NCBI GenBank assembly: GCA_951406725.2
Contig: OX597828.1
Span: 3,596,001 to 3,660,000 of the forward strand
Direction of reading: 5' to 3'
Source: Octopus vulgaris
Lineage: Eukaryota
Length of the DNA: 64,000 nucleotides
The notes under the pieces are model-generated. The model did not search any database and was not told the origin of the DNA. It saw nothing but the letters and a program-made list of their open reading frames with translations. Position numbers and translations under genes: made by a program. Within the stretch, counting starts at the first letter, position 1, and the number at the start of each line of letters is the position of its first letter. This document shows, piece after piece, positions 24,795 to 37,274 of the stretch.

Positions 24795-26270
24795 TTAGGT
24801 TGTTCCGAAAATAATGGCCGCTCTAAGTGTTGTGTTTAGAAACGCAATTGTATCATAGTATTTTAATTAAATTTTAGGTGAATTTCGACATACTTAATAA
24901 TTGATGTATGCTCTTTAATAAATTTCTATTTGTTTCATATAGAAAAACATTCTTGAAGCATAGGCGCCCTTAATTATGAACCAAAAAAAATGGATCTTCG
25001 CTTCCTTTTCTTGCATGAGTTCAAGCTTGGGCACAATGCCTTTCAAACTGCTGCCAATACCAATAGAGCGTGGCGAGAGGGGTCCACAAGTGATCGCACA
25101 GTATGAAGGTTGTGTCAGAAATTCCGCATTGATGATGAGAGCCTTGAAAATGAAGAAGGTATAGGACGGTCATGCAGTCTTAACAATGAACAATTGGAAG
25201 CAATTGCCAAACAAGACTCACGCCAGTGTCAGAAAAATGTCTTAGAGAAATGATGTCGGCATTGCAACGATCTCACGCAATCTGCCAAAGATTGATAAGG
25301 TAAAAAAGCTCGATAAATGAGTACCTATTTCTTTATTACCCACAAGGGGCTAAACATAGAGGAGACAAACATGGACAGACATAGGTATTAAGTCGATTAT
25401 ATCGACCCCAGTGCTTAACTGGTACTTAATTTATCGACCCCGAAAGGAGGAAAGGCAAAGTCGACGTCAGCGGAATTTGAACTCACAACGTAACGGCAGC
25501 CGAAATACCGCTAAGCATTTCGCCCGACGTGCTAACGATTCTGCTAGCTCGCCGCCTCGATAAATGAGTACCGCATGAGCTCACTGAAAATGAAAAAGTT
25601 CGGCGTTTTGTAGTGTGCTCGATGCTCTTTCTGCGAAACAACCAATTATCCTTTCCTTGACCGAATAGTCACTTGTGGCCAAAAGTGTATCCATTATGAT
25701 AACCGTAAGCAAGCAGGTCAATGGTTTGGTCATAATGAGTCTCCCAAACATTTCCCAAAGTCAAAGTTGCATCAGTAAAAGATGATGGTGACTGTCTGGT
25801 GGTCTGCAATTGGTGTTGTCCATTAAAGCTTTCTGGAAGCCAATCAGAGCATCATAGCAGAGTTTTACTGCAACCAACTCGCTGAAAGGCATGCTCCCTT
25901 GCAAAAAATGAGACCTGCGTTGTTGAATCGGCGTGGCCCAATTCTGCTCCACGATAATACAAAGCCACATGTTGCAAGAATGACGCTGCAGAAACTCACA
26001 GACTTGAGATACGAGACTTTACCACCAACTCCATATTCTCATGATCCTTCACCCTCTGACTACCATTTTTTAAAGCATTTAAACACGTTTTAAAGTTATA
26101 AAACTTTTAGGTCCAAACCAGCGGTGGAGTGAGCTATCAAAGATTTCTCAGCATCAAAGCCAATAAGTTTTTATCAACGAGGCATAAATAATCTCGTTGA
26201 TCGACGACAGAGATGTTCACGTCTCGTACTTTGTCTAATCAAAACATTTCAGTTGTTAATTTTTCCAGAA
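24795..26270 (+). mobile_element. mariner (DD34D) transposon, decayed, right end lost
   Basis: TA + TTAGGTTGTTCCGAAAATAATGG terminus; peptides LHEFKLGH, *VPHEL, DRIVTCG, LLHDNTKPH, PYSHDPSPSDYH. Confidence 0.92.
25326..25556 (-). mobile_element. SINE family C, full length, inserted in the mariner WVPHEL codons
   Basis: 16-bp TSD TCGATAAATGAGTACC at 25310-25325 and 25557-25572; head GGCGGCGAGCTAGCAGAA, B-box GAGTTCAAATTC. Confidence 0.93.
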
Positions 26271-26271
26271 T

Positions 26272-26880
26272 AAAACGCCGCTTCTGCAACCACTGGTCAT
26301 TCTTCAGAGTTCCAGAAATACGGTTTTTCACAACCCTGGCCCGTCATGTGTGGCACCACAAAGATCAAGCGACCCCATGTGATATTAGATGGAAACCAAT
26401 AGATCACCGAGGCCCATATATTAATTGGAGTGGCCATTGCAAGATCTACATCGCGGTGAGAGCCAATATTCTTAAGGACTATATATAACCTGGCGCATTA
26501 AATAGTTGTAAAGATGGTTTTTCTAAATGTGTCCACTTCAAGCGCTACCTAATGGAAAATTGGATCTCCCCGTTTGCTGGTTAGGCTTTTTAGGGTCTAT
26601 TAGGGTTGTGTTATCCTCTGGGCAAGGGAGACAATCCGTCCTCATTAACGTTTTTATATTTTAAAACTTAACTCTCGATTTCTGAGCGATTCCTCACGTC
26701 TGCGACGTAGAATGTTTTAATTTTTGTGTCCTTATATAGAGTCTGACAAGTTGTCCACAAGGCTTTATGTATACGAAACCTTTGCTAACTCTATATCCAA
26801 AATTTAAATTTTTGTTGTAATAATTACTGCTCTATTCTTTTCTGATATATGTTTTATTTGATTCTTTCTCTATATATATA
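26272..26880 (+). mobile_element. Penelope-like element, 5'-truncated remnant
   Basis: KRRFCNHWSFFR...TTLARHVWHHKD...IRWKPI...PYINWSGHCKIY...ALNSCKDGFSKCVH aligns to the GIY-YIG C-terminus of the 55729 ORF. Confidence 0.85.
26734..26796 (+). ncRNA. Type I hammerhead ribozyme remnant
   Basis: Perfect 9-bp stem I ATATAGAGT/ACTCTATAT; core CTGACAA (CpG decay of CTGACGA); GT..AC-GAA-ACCTTTGCT-A. Confidence 0.75.
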
Positions 26881-27740
26881 TTATGCGTGTGTATTTATGT
26901 AATGTAATCAAAGTTCTCCCTTAAGCTGTAATTACTGGCTAAATAGACTTTTAATATATACTGTACATTTAAATATTTGATACATTTAAATTATCAATTT
27001 TAAATGAGGAAGACAAAGATGATATTCGCAAGAGTATTGTAATATGAATGGTACCATAGATGTCCTGCAGGCGGTCGCTACATGGTTACAGATCCTTCTC
27101 AACAGTTATTTTTAGTTCCAACTCATGCTCAGAAATCTTTAATATTGGCTATATAAAAATTTTAGCAGATTGGATTATTTCTAGTTTCAAATATCGAATA
27201 GAAGTGTATACTTTTATATGCTGCACATAAGTCGATAGATCGAATATAGTGTATAGTAACGCGACCAGACTGATGAAATATACATGAAGTGGGTAAAATA
27301 TTTGTGGAGATTAAACAGTTGTATTCTAAAGCAGTTAAGCGTTTAAAATATGTAGAGTCAGAGATTTTTCATGTAAACTGTAGACTATGTAGTTGTTAAC
27401 ATTGGCACAACTGAAAAGAAAGATTGCCTCACTGGGATTTTTATGTATGAGCAAGTGTAGATATATATAAATAAATAGTGTAAGAAATAAAATATATGCA
27501 TACATACAAACATATATGTACGTACCGACATCTACATGTATATATACATGCATATATAAATATATATACGTACAGGACATCACAGGAAGACGAAAAAACC
27601 AACAGAACGAAAACGGAAAAGACATTTTGTTATAACAGAAGGACAGAGACGTGGAACAAGACGAAACGAAAACGAAAACAGGAAAAACAATTATGTGCAG
27701 CAGAAAAACGTAGTACAGGACATGCTGCACAAGGAAAAAT

Positions 27741-27781
27741 CCCCTTCATCAGCTGTCGCTAGCAGACACGTGTTTCGAAGG
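27741..27781 (-). ncRNA. Candidate permuted (type II topology) hammerhead motif
   Basis: Minus strand CCTTC-GAA-ACACGTGT-C-TGCTAGCGACAG-CTGATGA-A-GGGG; canonical cores and GUC site, weak stem I. Confidence 0.45.
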
Positions 27782-29309
27782 CAGAGACAGAACACGTATA
27801 GTCAAGCTAGACGGATAGTTAGCGATCGTTGAGTAGACAAACACTGTCAGTAATTCGAGATTTGAGCTTATAGATATTAAATAATACCTTAAAAATTACA
27901 TGTTTACAATCATAAGAATCTGAATAAAAGAAAGGAGTATAATCGTGAGAAAGCACTAGTGCATGATTTGTGACAAAGAACAATCGGCTGTATTCCGAAT
28001 TTACCAAAGAAACAAAAAAAACAAACAAAAAAACGAATTTTCTGTTGTACAGTATCGTACGTTTCCCAAATATAATTAAGTTATATTAATTCTGCATAAT
28101 GCGTATTTGTGATGCATTATAAAAGGTTACTACTGATAGTATCGGTTGTATTTAGAAACTAGCAATATCTTTAAAATTCCTTACTTTTTAGCAAGATATT
28201 ACTTTCTACCTTATTTAGCAAAATCGCAATAATTGTTTAAGTGACATATATAGAGTCAGCTAGCTATGAAACTATGTCGTATCTTTCGAAAATAAGAGTT
28301 GAAACGCAAAGATTTCGATTTTGAGAAAAAGTTAAGACGTAAAATCATTGAAAATTATTTCCGAGGGAAGCGTAAAGCCTGGTGAATTTAAAAAAAAAAA
28401 AAAAAGAAAAAAAAAACCTACCATGAAAACAGGATGCTAAATTATTTCTGCCAGAAACCATTTCTTTTAATTTCACTGCTGAAAAATTAAAGCTTGTTTT
28501 ATACTCCTCTCGTTAGTTCCGGTATATTATCATTAACGTTTATACCATGTGTACAAAGATGGATTTTATGCCATTTAGTTGCCTATTTTAGTATAATTCA
28601 GTGAGCAAGGTATCATTTTGATTTTTATCCAAGCTTAATTTCATTAAAAATGGGGATTGTGCGTTGTTTACTTCTTTTCCTTTCTAATTTACGTTTGATA
28701 TGAATGAGATGTTAAAAGAAAGAAAAAAGCCGCTAAACTCCTTTTGCTGGAATTAATGTCCTCAACGAAAGCACTAGTTAATGTCCTCGACAAAGGCGCA
28801 TATTTTGCTTTATGATTATTATTTGACGAAATAAGATGATACTAATAACAATATTACGAAATATTTTCGCCAGTTAATTCCCAAATATCTCTACGCGACA
28901 TGCAGTCATAAAACACACCACCACTATTTTTATGTGGAATTTTTTACTGATGCAGAAATTTCATAATCACAAATTGCCGTAATGAAATTCGAAACCGATT
29001 CTTTCATATCAAAGATGAATGATTTTAATTCTAGTGTCGAACAAAAACAAAAACAATTTATATGAAAACAATACAGGCTTTGTTTTCATCACTTCAAAAA
29101 AGTACCCTATAACAATAGTCCTTAGAGGACTTCCCCCTTGGTCTTTGATAAATTCCATTCTTCAATTTTGTTACATAAATAAAGCAATTAACAATATTCT
29201 GTTTAATAAACATATCTTAAATATGAAAAAAAAAAGTGTATCATATTTTGAAATGGTGTTCTATAAAACGAAACTCATAAAATATAGAATGATGGCCAAA
29301 CTGACAGCG

Positions 29310-29337
29310 TAAACGTCATTTTTCCGAAAAGGGTTAA
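29310..29337. mobile_element. Possible piggyBac-type terminus
   Basis: CGTCATTTTTCCGAAAAGGG followed by TTAA; partner end not found. Confidence 0.3.
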
Positions 29338-30621
29338 AGAATACCATTTAGAATTAGATTTTGCTCAAGTTCTATGGTAACCTTAAACGTTTATTGATTG
29401 AATAAAAAAAATGCTATAAATATTTTATTTCACCATTTGAAGTGTTTTATTCTAAAGGGAAATAAGCACTTTTATGCTTTATCTTTTAATGTGTTCAAAT
29501 GAGCTTTTGTTTCTCTTCTGCCATCAGCATCGTCTGGACAACCATGGTTACTTAGGCAACAGAATGGTTCTGTCAGGTTAGATAGTCTTAAGTTTCCTTC
29601 ATTATTAACCAAAAAAATGTATAATAAAGACAATATTTAAATTATTTTAAAAATGACACTTTAAAACCCACCAAATCTCCCTTTCAATAGATGCACAGCT
29701 TTTGCTAATAGATAATTTTGATTAGAGGCCAGTGCGGCAGAATGTGTATGGTGCAGAACATTGTGAAAGCAATGAATTGAGTTCAATTCATAAAAAGAAT
29801 AAAAATACTAATCGTAATTTTGAAAGATTTTAACAGTCTTTTAGAGGTTAAAGAAAGATATGAACTTCAGCACGTTTAATGTGATTGCACCCAATGCTAC
29901 GGAAAACGTTATACTAAGAACAGCATTTTCAAAAAGCATATATAAATTTATTATCTCTGTACACGATTTGAGACTCTTTGACATTAAAGTTCGTGTTAAA
30001 AGCATTAGCTCTGCTAGGAAATGAAATGTTGCCAGTCTATACCATCGCTGGTTTGTGAATTCACTTATCATCACAATTTTGCTGCACTTGCATTAATTTC
30101 TTAAAACATATACAAGAGCAAAGACATTGAAATGTGGTCACGAGGTTTGCACCCATATCAACGTGATTCTAAACTCGATCCTTCTGCACAACACCTTGAA
30201 AAACTCCACTACACAGAAAGACAACCAGGCACACACACACACACACACACACACAATTTGTATAACAATTACTTCGTAGAAAGTCAAAGTCAGGATAACC
30301 ATTTAATAACTCTAAAATTGTTACATTGGGTTACCTCATTTTATAATAATACAATGTATTATGAAGTGTCCAAAAGTTTCGTCGCACTTTTCCGAGATCA
30401 TTGTATCAGTAACAACGGTGCAGAAGAGCCAACTAAGTTGTTGAATATTCATAAATAACACAAAATTGGGTTATTGCGGCTTTGGCGTGTTCTTTTCCTT
30501 TCACGACGCAGTTGTTTCAGTTTTAGCAATCTTGGATCAAATCATTTCCACAACACGTTCAATATCTTGCATGGCGGTGTTGTTGCTAAACTTGTTATGT
30601 AACAACATAGTTTCAGGCTAA

Positions 30622-30793
30622 AGGTCTTCTACTATAGCTGCGGACCAACTAATGCCTTGTGAATAAATTGTTGGACGGAAACTGTGGAAGCCCGTTGTAT
30701 GTATGTATGTATGTATGTATGTATGTATGTATGTATGTATGTATGTATGTATGTATGTATGTATGCATGCATGCATGCATGCATGTATGTATG

Positions 30794-30824
<31 letters not shown>

Positions 30825-30984
30825 GCATGTATGCATGCATGCATGCATGTATGTATGTATGTATGTATGTATGCATGCATGCATGTATGTATGTATGTAT
30901 GTATGTATGTATGTATGTATGTATGTATGTGTAAGTATGCATGTGTGTATGTATGTACAAGTATATGTGTGTGTCTGTGTACGT

Positions 30985-31020
<36 letters not shown>

Positions 31021-31245
31021 GTGTGTATGCGTATGTATGTGTTTGTTCTTTGTGTTTATATTTGTCTCTCTTCCGATTGACAACCAGTGTTGGCTTGTTT
31101 ACGTCCCTGAGTATTAGCAGTTCATCATACAGAACGACCGCGAGAATATGTATGACATTAATAAAATGAAGTCCCGGGATCGATCTGTTTGACTAAACAG
31201 TGCTTCTCCAGTATGGCCGCGGTCCAATGATAGAAACAAAAGTAA
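30622..31245 (+). mobile_element. SINE family A, 5'-truncated, with expanded internal (GTAT)n/(GCAT)n/(GA)n
   Basis: GTCTTCTACTATAGC...GACGGAAACTG, microsatellite, then TTGACAACC...GACTAAA...ATGGCCGC. Confidence 0.8.
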
Positions 31246-31934
31246 GTTATATTTATTTAGAAGCTGGAATACTCTTTCCTCATAACCAGCAATTTCGAGA
31301 TTCGTCCTGCGAAGAAAATACATTAAATAAGATATAATTGAATTTGTATTCACATGAGTTGCAGAAATATGTACTAAGTTACAAGAAAATGGCATCTGAT
31401 GACGGATGTTGTTCGTGGTTACAAAAATAAGCGAAAGTAAATCTATGAAAAAATAATCACGGCCTATAGTAAAAAAAAAAAGAAAAGTAGCAAGAAGCAG
31501 GCAAACCAGTGGGACCTCGAAAAATCGGTGCTTTTCGAGTAACGTGCTCTGTGGTAGTTGTTTTGCATCATGGTAAACATAATATCATTTTCTATTATTG
31601 TCACCAGAAATGTAATGAACCAGTGGTTAGCTCTTAGGAAACTTTTCTCCTGCGACGCTATTGTTCACGAATTACGATTTAAAAACAAGGAAATGTCAAC
31701 ACAAAGAAATGTGAGAAAATAAACTGAAATGGAATTGAAATGAATAGTGCACAGGTAGTTCAACGAAGAATCACTTTTGTTTGTCGCTGATCGTGATGTT
31801 TTACAAAGGTGTTACCTGTAACAGCTTGTGTTAGATATTAGGAAGAATAATATGCGCATTGTTTAAGTGTAATGGAAGAAATATTGTCAATGAATGCGGA
31901 TGTATTTATTTAAAGCAGTTGGGTGTTTTTTGAA

Positions 31935-32173
31935 GCTCTATCGACAACGATTTCATCTCAATCGAAGGAGGGGGCTTTCTCCGCCCGGGTTGCGGATCCG
32001 TGGAATAAGCTGCCGGACGAGATAGTGAAGATGCCGACGACCGCTCGGTTCAAAGTCTCTCTTGACCAGAAATGAACTTTTTGTATGACCACCCTCCCTG
32101 TACATAACTCACTGTCCCCCTACATGACCTTGCTTTTGCTTTTTGAGTCAATAAAAATTGAATTGAATTGAAA
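31935..32173 (+). mobile_element. CR1-type LINE 3' end
   Basis: RRFHLNRR..AFSARVADPWNKLPDEIVKMPTTARFKVSLDQK*, then short UTR, AATAAA and (AATTG)n tail. Confidence 0.85.
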
Positions 32174-32221
32174 TGGGTGAGGAACATCATGAGGGTAGAA
32201 TTAGAAAGCTTTGGAGGAGTT

Positions 32222-34561
32222 TGGCTAAGGTTGCTGTCGTGCGTGGGAAATGAAAAGAGGTTCACCTACCTTCCTCTTTCGGCTGCGCCTGTCTAGTAGT
32301 AGTCACTCCAGCGATCTTGCCCTACCCTATCACCCAGTATAAGCAGCTGTTATCTGACCAACCCGGGAGAAAATTTACTGACGTTCGTTCACGATGCCTC
32401 AGCCGGCCAAAAGAGACCGACCCTGTCTTATCTTCCTCGCACTTCTCTTCTCACGTTTCCTCTTCTGGTCAATCACTGGACCATTGACGTCATGGCCCTC
32501 ATCTTCCAGCTTATTCCTCCCCCCCCCCCACACCCTGATCTCAAAGATGACCTCCTTACTTCACTGGATGTCGAAATTTACCACCCACCCGAGTGGGTGC
32601 CTTGTACGTTCTGATCTTCTTAAACTGGGAACCTCATTCTCTTCCCCTTCTCCACAATCATCATCCGACGAAGCGACAGTCCTACAAACATCCAAGACAT
32701 GAAGCGGCATTCTATTCACAGATATGTTGTTTTTGGAATTGACTGCCGTCACCATTCCTCTGTTCCGCTGAGTTGTGCAGCGTGCCTTTGGGGGCTTGGC
32801 CCAGACTTCATCTCCCACCTCCATGAAGTCGGGCTCTTTCTCTTCTACAGGGCAACTCGATGATTTATTCGGATGCCGCCATTCATATTTGAATACCAGT
32901 CTATGTGACACGGACTCTTCAGCTTCTCCTGATCGGGGAGACATGTAGCAGAACACCACACCACTATGGCCTTGATCGCTCGATGATGTATCTTCACGAT
33001 CTCATTTCCACTCGGCCTGTATGCCGCTCTGAAAAAGCGGTGCACTTTCCACCTGTCAAGCATGTTCTTCAGCGCCTCTGAACGAAACACTGTGATGTTG
33101 TCCATCAGCAATTTGTCCACAGGGCCCCGATCTAAGAATACCTCATTTAGAATACGTGCCATCTAGTCTGCAATACCTGTCCTCAGTTCCCTCGAAATCG
33201 CCATCTGACTCGACCCACAATTGACTATCGAGGGTTACGTCCTCTGCCGGTATTGTGTTGCATTCCACTTGCTAGTCGTCTCCAGTTGTGCTCTACCGAA
33301 ATGTTTCCCTGCTCATGCACACCCAGAGCAGGATCGATAGATTGACACATGTCACAGTTCCCGACCCCCTTTTGGATGCTCCGTCTGGTAACGACGGCGT
33401 CAATCCTCCTGCCGAAATACAGGGTCATATACACGCCCATATGATGCATGGCATGCAGTCTCCTTATCTAAGAGTCATTTAACGGACACATCACTGCTAC
33501 CCCTTGCTTCGATTCTTCCGGCTCCTCTAGCCATGCCGTTTTTACCCTTATTAGAGCGTCTGACTTGTTTCTCTCTGAATGCACAAAGACCACATTCAGC
33601 TTCAGGCCGAACTTGCCAATCATATCCCGTAGGATCCCTAGGCTGCACTTCTATAGCATTTCCGCAGCCCCTTTGGTTCGCACCTATTTTCGTCGGTGAT
33701 CACCGATCCTATCCAGCCAAGCACGGTAGCCGAATCCGTCCTGAGTGCAAACCCCATTTCAAGGCCAAATTCACTCCCTTCAGCACTGCGTCAGACTCAG
33801 CGACATTGATGTGGGTGTAGTCGTCTGGTTTTCGAAGCCGGACGGCATCTTCCACTTCGGTACCTCCGATTTCCAACACAACTCCTATTGCAAAACTGCT
33901 AGCATCACCACATACGGCCCCACTATCCGACTTGGGCACATGTACCTCCGCAGCGTGTTCGTCGACCTGTTCCCCTCTCCATCCGATCGTTCCCAGTTTA
34001 GCAAAAGTCGCGTACTCTTCATCTGTGTAAGCCTCTCTCAAGCGCTGCACGATCTTCGCTGCGCTCAGTTGTTCTTCATCCAGCGCACTCCCCTTCAAAT
34101 ACAGGGCCATGAGGATCGCTACATCTTCGATGACTTGTAGCCTGGGCACAGCTTTGACATATCGAATCCAGGCTACTACGTCACATTCGCCATAGAAAGG
34201 TCTGATGACATCACTGGCGATCCTTATCTTCGTTGCAATCATATATTAAGGGGACAACGTCTGTATACAATTGCCGAAATAGCTTGTCTTGCGTGGGAAA
34301 TGAAAAGAGATTCACCTACTTTCCTCTCTTGTCTGTGCTTGTCTAGTAGTAGTGACTCCAGCGATCCTGCCCTACCCTGTCACCCACAATAAGCAGCTTC
34401 TATCTGACCAACCCTGGAGCGAATTGCTTGACGTCCGTTGACGATGCCTCGGCAGGCAAAAAGTGGGTGAGCCTGCCCTGTCCTGTCTCCCCCGCACTTC
34501 CCTTCCGGTCAGTCACTTGACCATTAACGTCATGGCCCTCTTCTTCTGGCTCATCCCCACA
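32222..34561 (-). mobile_element. Ty3/Gypsy LTR retrotransposon lacking protease and RT
   Basis: Two diverged LTRs (about 32222-32532 and 34272-34561, TG...CA); gag N-terminus (PFYGECDVVAWI) fused to RNase H (DASSFAIGVVLE...HINVAE); integrase HHCC, MDN..F, YRPSGN; C-terminal VGDEVW. Confidence 0.9.
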
Positions 34562-35273
34562 GTTGTGTAGTGTGGAATAAGATGCAAAGCGTACAGCGAA
34601 GGTGGAGATACTGTTTACAGTGACTTACTTGTTTAGTAAAGGAAGGAAAGCGACCTCTGCAAAGTTAGAGAAGTACCTTGTCGAACGGGAGAAGGATTCA
34701 ATTGCCGTTTGGGAAGCGAGTAAGATTAAAAGCTCTATAATACACGAAAGCATCCTTTCCAAACCGGACAGTGTGATTAATCGTCTGGTCTTTCGTCACA
34801 TTTTGTTGGATTCAATGCTATTGTGCAAATTCTTGAATATTTAACAGGAAGATACGAAGAGAGTGCTTTGAAATGAAGAGTTTATATATATATTGCTGTT
34901 GCTATCTTCCCAGATGTTTTCATAATTAACATTTCTAAAAACTGTCTTACTTTCGGTGGAAATTCAATTTAAATTTGATGCTATTATTCATGCTATTAAT
35001 AAGATTTTCAATTTCATTATTTTATCAAGAATATCCTGCCACAAAATAAACCAGTATCCTCGATATCTTTTCCACTTGCTTTTTAAATATGCGCACAATG
35101 TGTTTCAAAATATTTGTAGAAACCCATCATACACTTTTCTCAGGATGACCTATCACTGATTTTTACCTTCTGGCGTTTTTGCTGAAGTTTTTCTTGATAA
35201 CACACTCTTCGTGGTAAGGCGAATTGACGTCTATCTTTAGCATATTAAGAATACACTTTATGGTCATTTCTCT

Positions 35274-35322
<49 letters not shown>

Positions 35323-35323
<1 letters not shown>

Positions 35324-36422
35324 GAAGGGAGTTCATTAAAGCCTCCCCCTGACCAACTTTCGGTTGTTGTGGGAAATTATATATGTCTCTACATGTCACT
35401 TTGTAAATTGCAGCTTTCTTCTAATATCCGTTTGATTTTTACGGCTACTGAAGTGGACTAAGGTGTTATAATGGAGGCAGTTGAATGCAGATCAGTGACT
35501 AGGCTCTTAAACTTCAAAGGTCGTATACCAAAATAGATTTTCGGTGAGATGAAGGAAGTTTATGGTGATGATGCACCATCATACGACATAGCGAAGCACT
35601 GGCAACGCCAGTTCAATTGTGGTCGGACATCGCTTTAAACCGCTCCTATTCCTGAACCACCACTTCCCGCCATTGATGACGGCACCATCCATACAGTGGA
35701 AGCCACCATTTTGGAGGATCACCGCATAACTATTCAGCAGTTAGCCCAAGTAATGAAGACAAGAGTAAGGTCTGTGGAAAAAATCATTCACGACCATTTG
35801 CTCATGCAGAAGTTGTCTGTATGATGGATCACAGCTTTTCAGAAGCAGGAACGAATCAATTGCTCCCAGGCTCTTTTGGCAATGTACCAAAAAAAACGAG
35901 GAGGATTTTTCGGCAGACTTCTCACTCAAGATAAAACATGGGTCCATCATTATGAATCTGAGACTAAATTCCAGTCGAAGCAATGGGAGCATGATAACTC
36001 ACCAACTACAAAGAAGGGTCATGTCCAACCCTCAGCAGGTAAGGTGATGCTCACAGTTTTGGGGGAACGGCGTTGAGTAGTGATGATGGATTTTTGGGGC
36101 AAAAGGCACCACAACTAACAGGGCATATTATGATTCTCTGTTGCAGAACTTACAGGGCACCATCAAAGCAGTGAGGCGCGGCATACTGACCAAAGTAGTC
36201 CGCCTCCTTCAAGACAGCGCCCCAGTTCGCAATGCGCATATTGCCCAGATGAAAACAGACTCCTGCGGCTACGAAATCCTTTCTCGTCGCCATTGCTCTT
36301 TCCCCTCGCACCATCTGACTTCCACATGCTTCCAACCATGAAGTATTTCTTGAAGCGGAAGCACTTTTCGGATAAGTTCTTGGAAAGCGGGTCAGGGGAA
36401 ATCTTTAATCAACACCCCTCGT
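35323..36422 (+). mobile_element. mariner transposon, decayed, both TIRs
   Basis: TIRs CGAAGGGAGTTCATTAAAGCCTCCCCCTGACC and GGTCAGGGGAAATCTTTAATCAACACCCCTCG; [34 protein letters not shown]. Confidence 0.92.
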
Positions 36423-36547
36423 GTGTGTGTGAGTGTATATATATATATATATATAAATTGTCATATATACATGTATATACATATATATATATATACATAT
36501 ACACACACATATATGTATATATACATATACATACATACATACATACA

Positions 36548-36629
<82 letters not shown>

Positions 36630-36633
<4 letters not shown>

Positions 36634-36911
36634 TAAAACAGTAAGATAACAAAAGAAAGAAAGAGACCTCAATATTGTGTAAATAGAGGAAATTTATCTA
36701 TAAAATAATATGTTACATTACTCGATAGTCAAGTTAAAACTCTGAGTTTCAGATGCCGAAGTGGGAATCCACGCCGCCATCTCTTCGGTTATCTGGCTAT
36801 TTCATAGTGTGTTATCAAATAGCCAGATAACCGAAGAGATGGCGGCGTGGATTCCCACTTCGGCATCTGAAACTCAGAGTTTTATCTTGACTATCGAGTA
36901 ATGTAACATAT

Positions 36912-36915
<4 letters not shown>
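36630..36915 (-). mobile_element. Mini PLE insertion (family A): 3' end plus inverted copy forming a near-perfect hairpin
   Basis: Arms 36704-36802 and 36817-36915 (99 bp, 1 mismatch at 36734), 14-nt spacer, about 75-nt tail on the left; homologous to 58068-58238; (TA)n both sides; one HHR per strand. Confidence 0.93.
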
Positions 36916-36960
<45 letters not shown>

Positions 36961-36968
36961 AATATATA

Positions 36969-37100
36969 CAGGGTTTGGACCAAAAAATGGAAACACCTAG
37001 CATCATAGCATCATAATTTTGAAATATCTATACAACTACCAAAAGCTTGTATTTTTTATCTTTTTTGATTATTATTAGTGTTGCTTGATATGTTTTGCTA
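36969..37100. mobile_element. Tc1-like terminal fragment
   Basis: TA + CAGGGTTTGGACCAAAAAATGGAAACACC, a Tc1-type terminus. Confidence 0.5.
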
Positions 37101-37274
37101 AAATTCCTATTTCTTTTCAGATATCATCTGGGTGTTGGGTGTCCACCTGAGATTCTAAAACATATACCGAGAGAGATAAAAATCAAACATCCAGTCAAAA
37201 TCAATATATATGGAGTGATGGTAACATTACACCTTCGTTCATCTCCCTATACGTCCTCACACTCAACACGGAAG

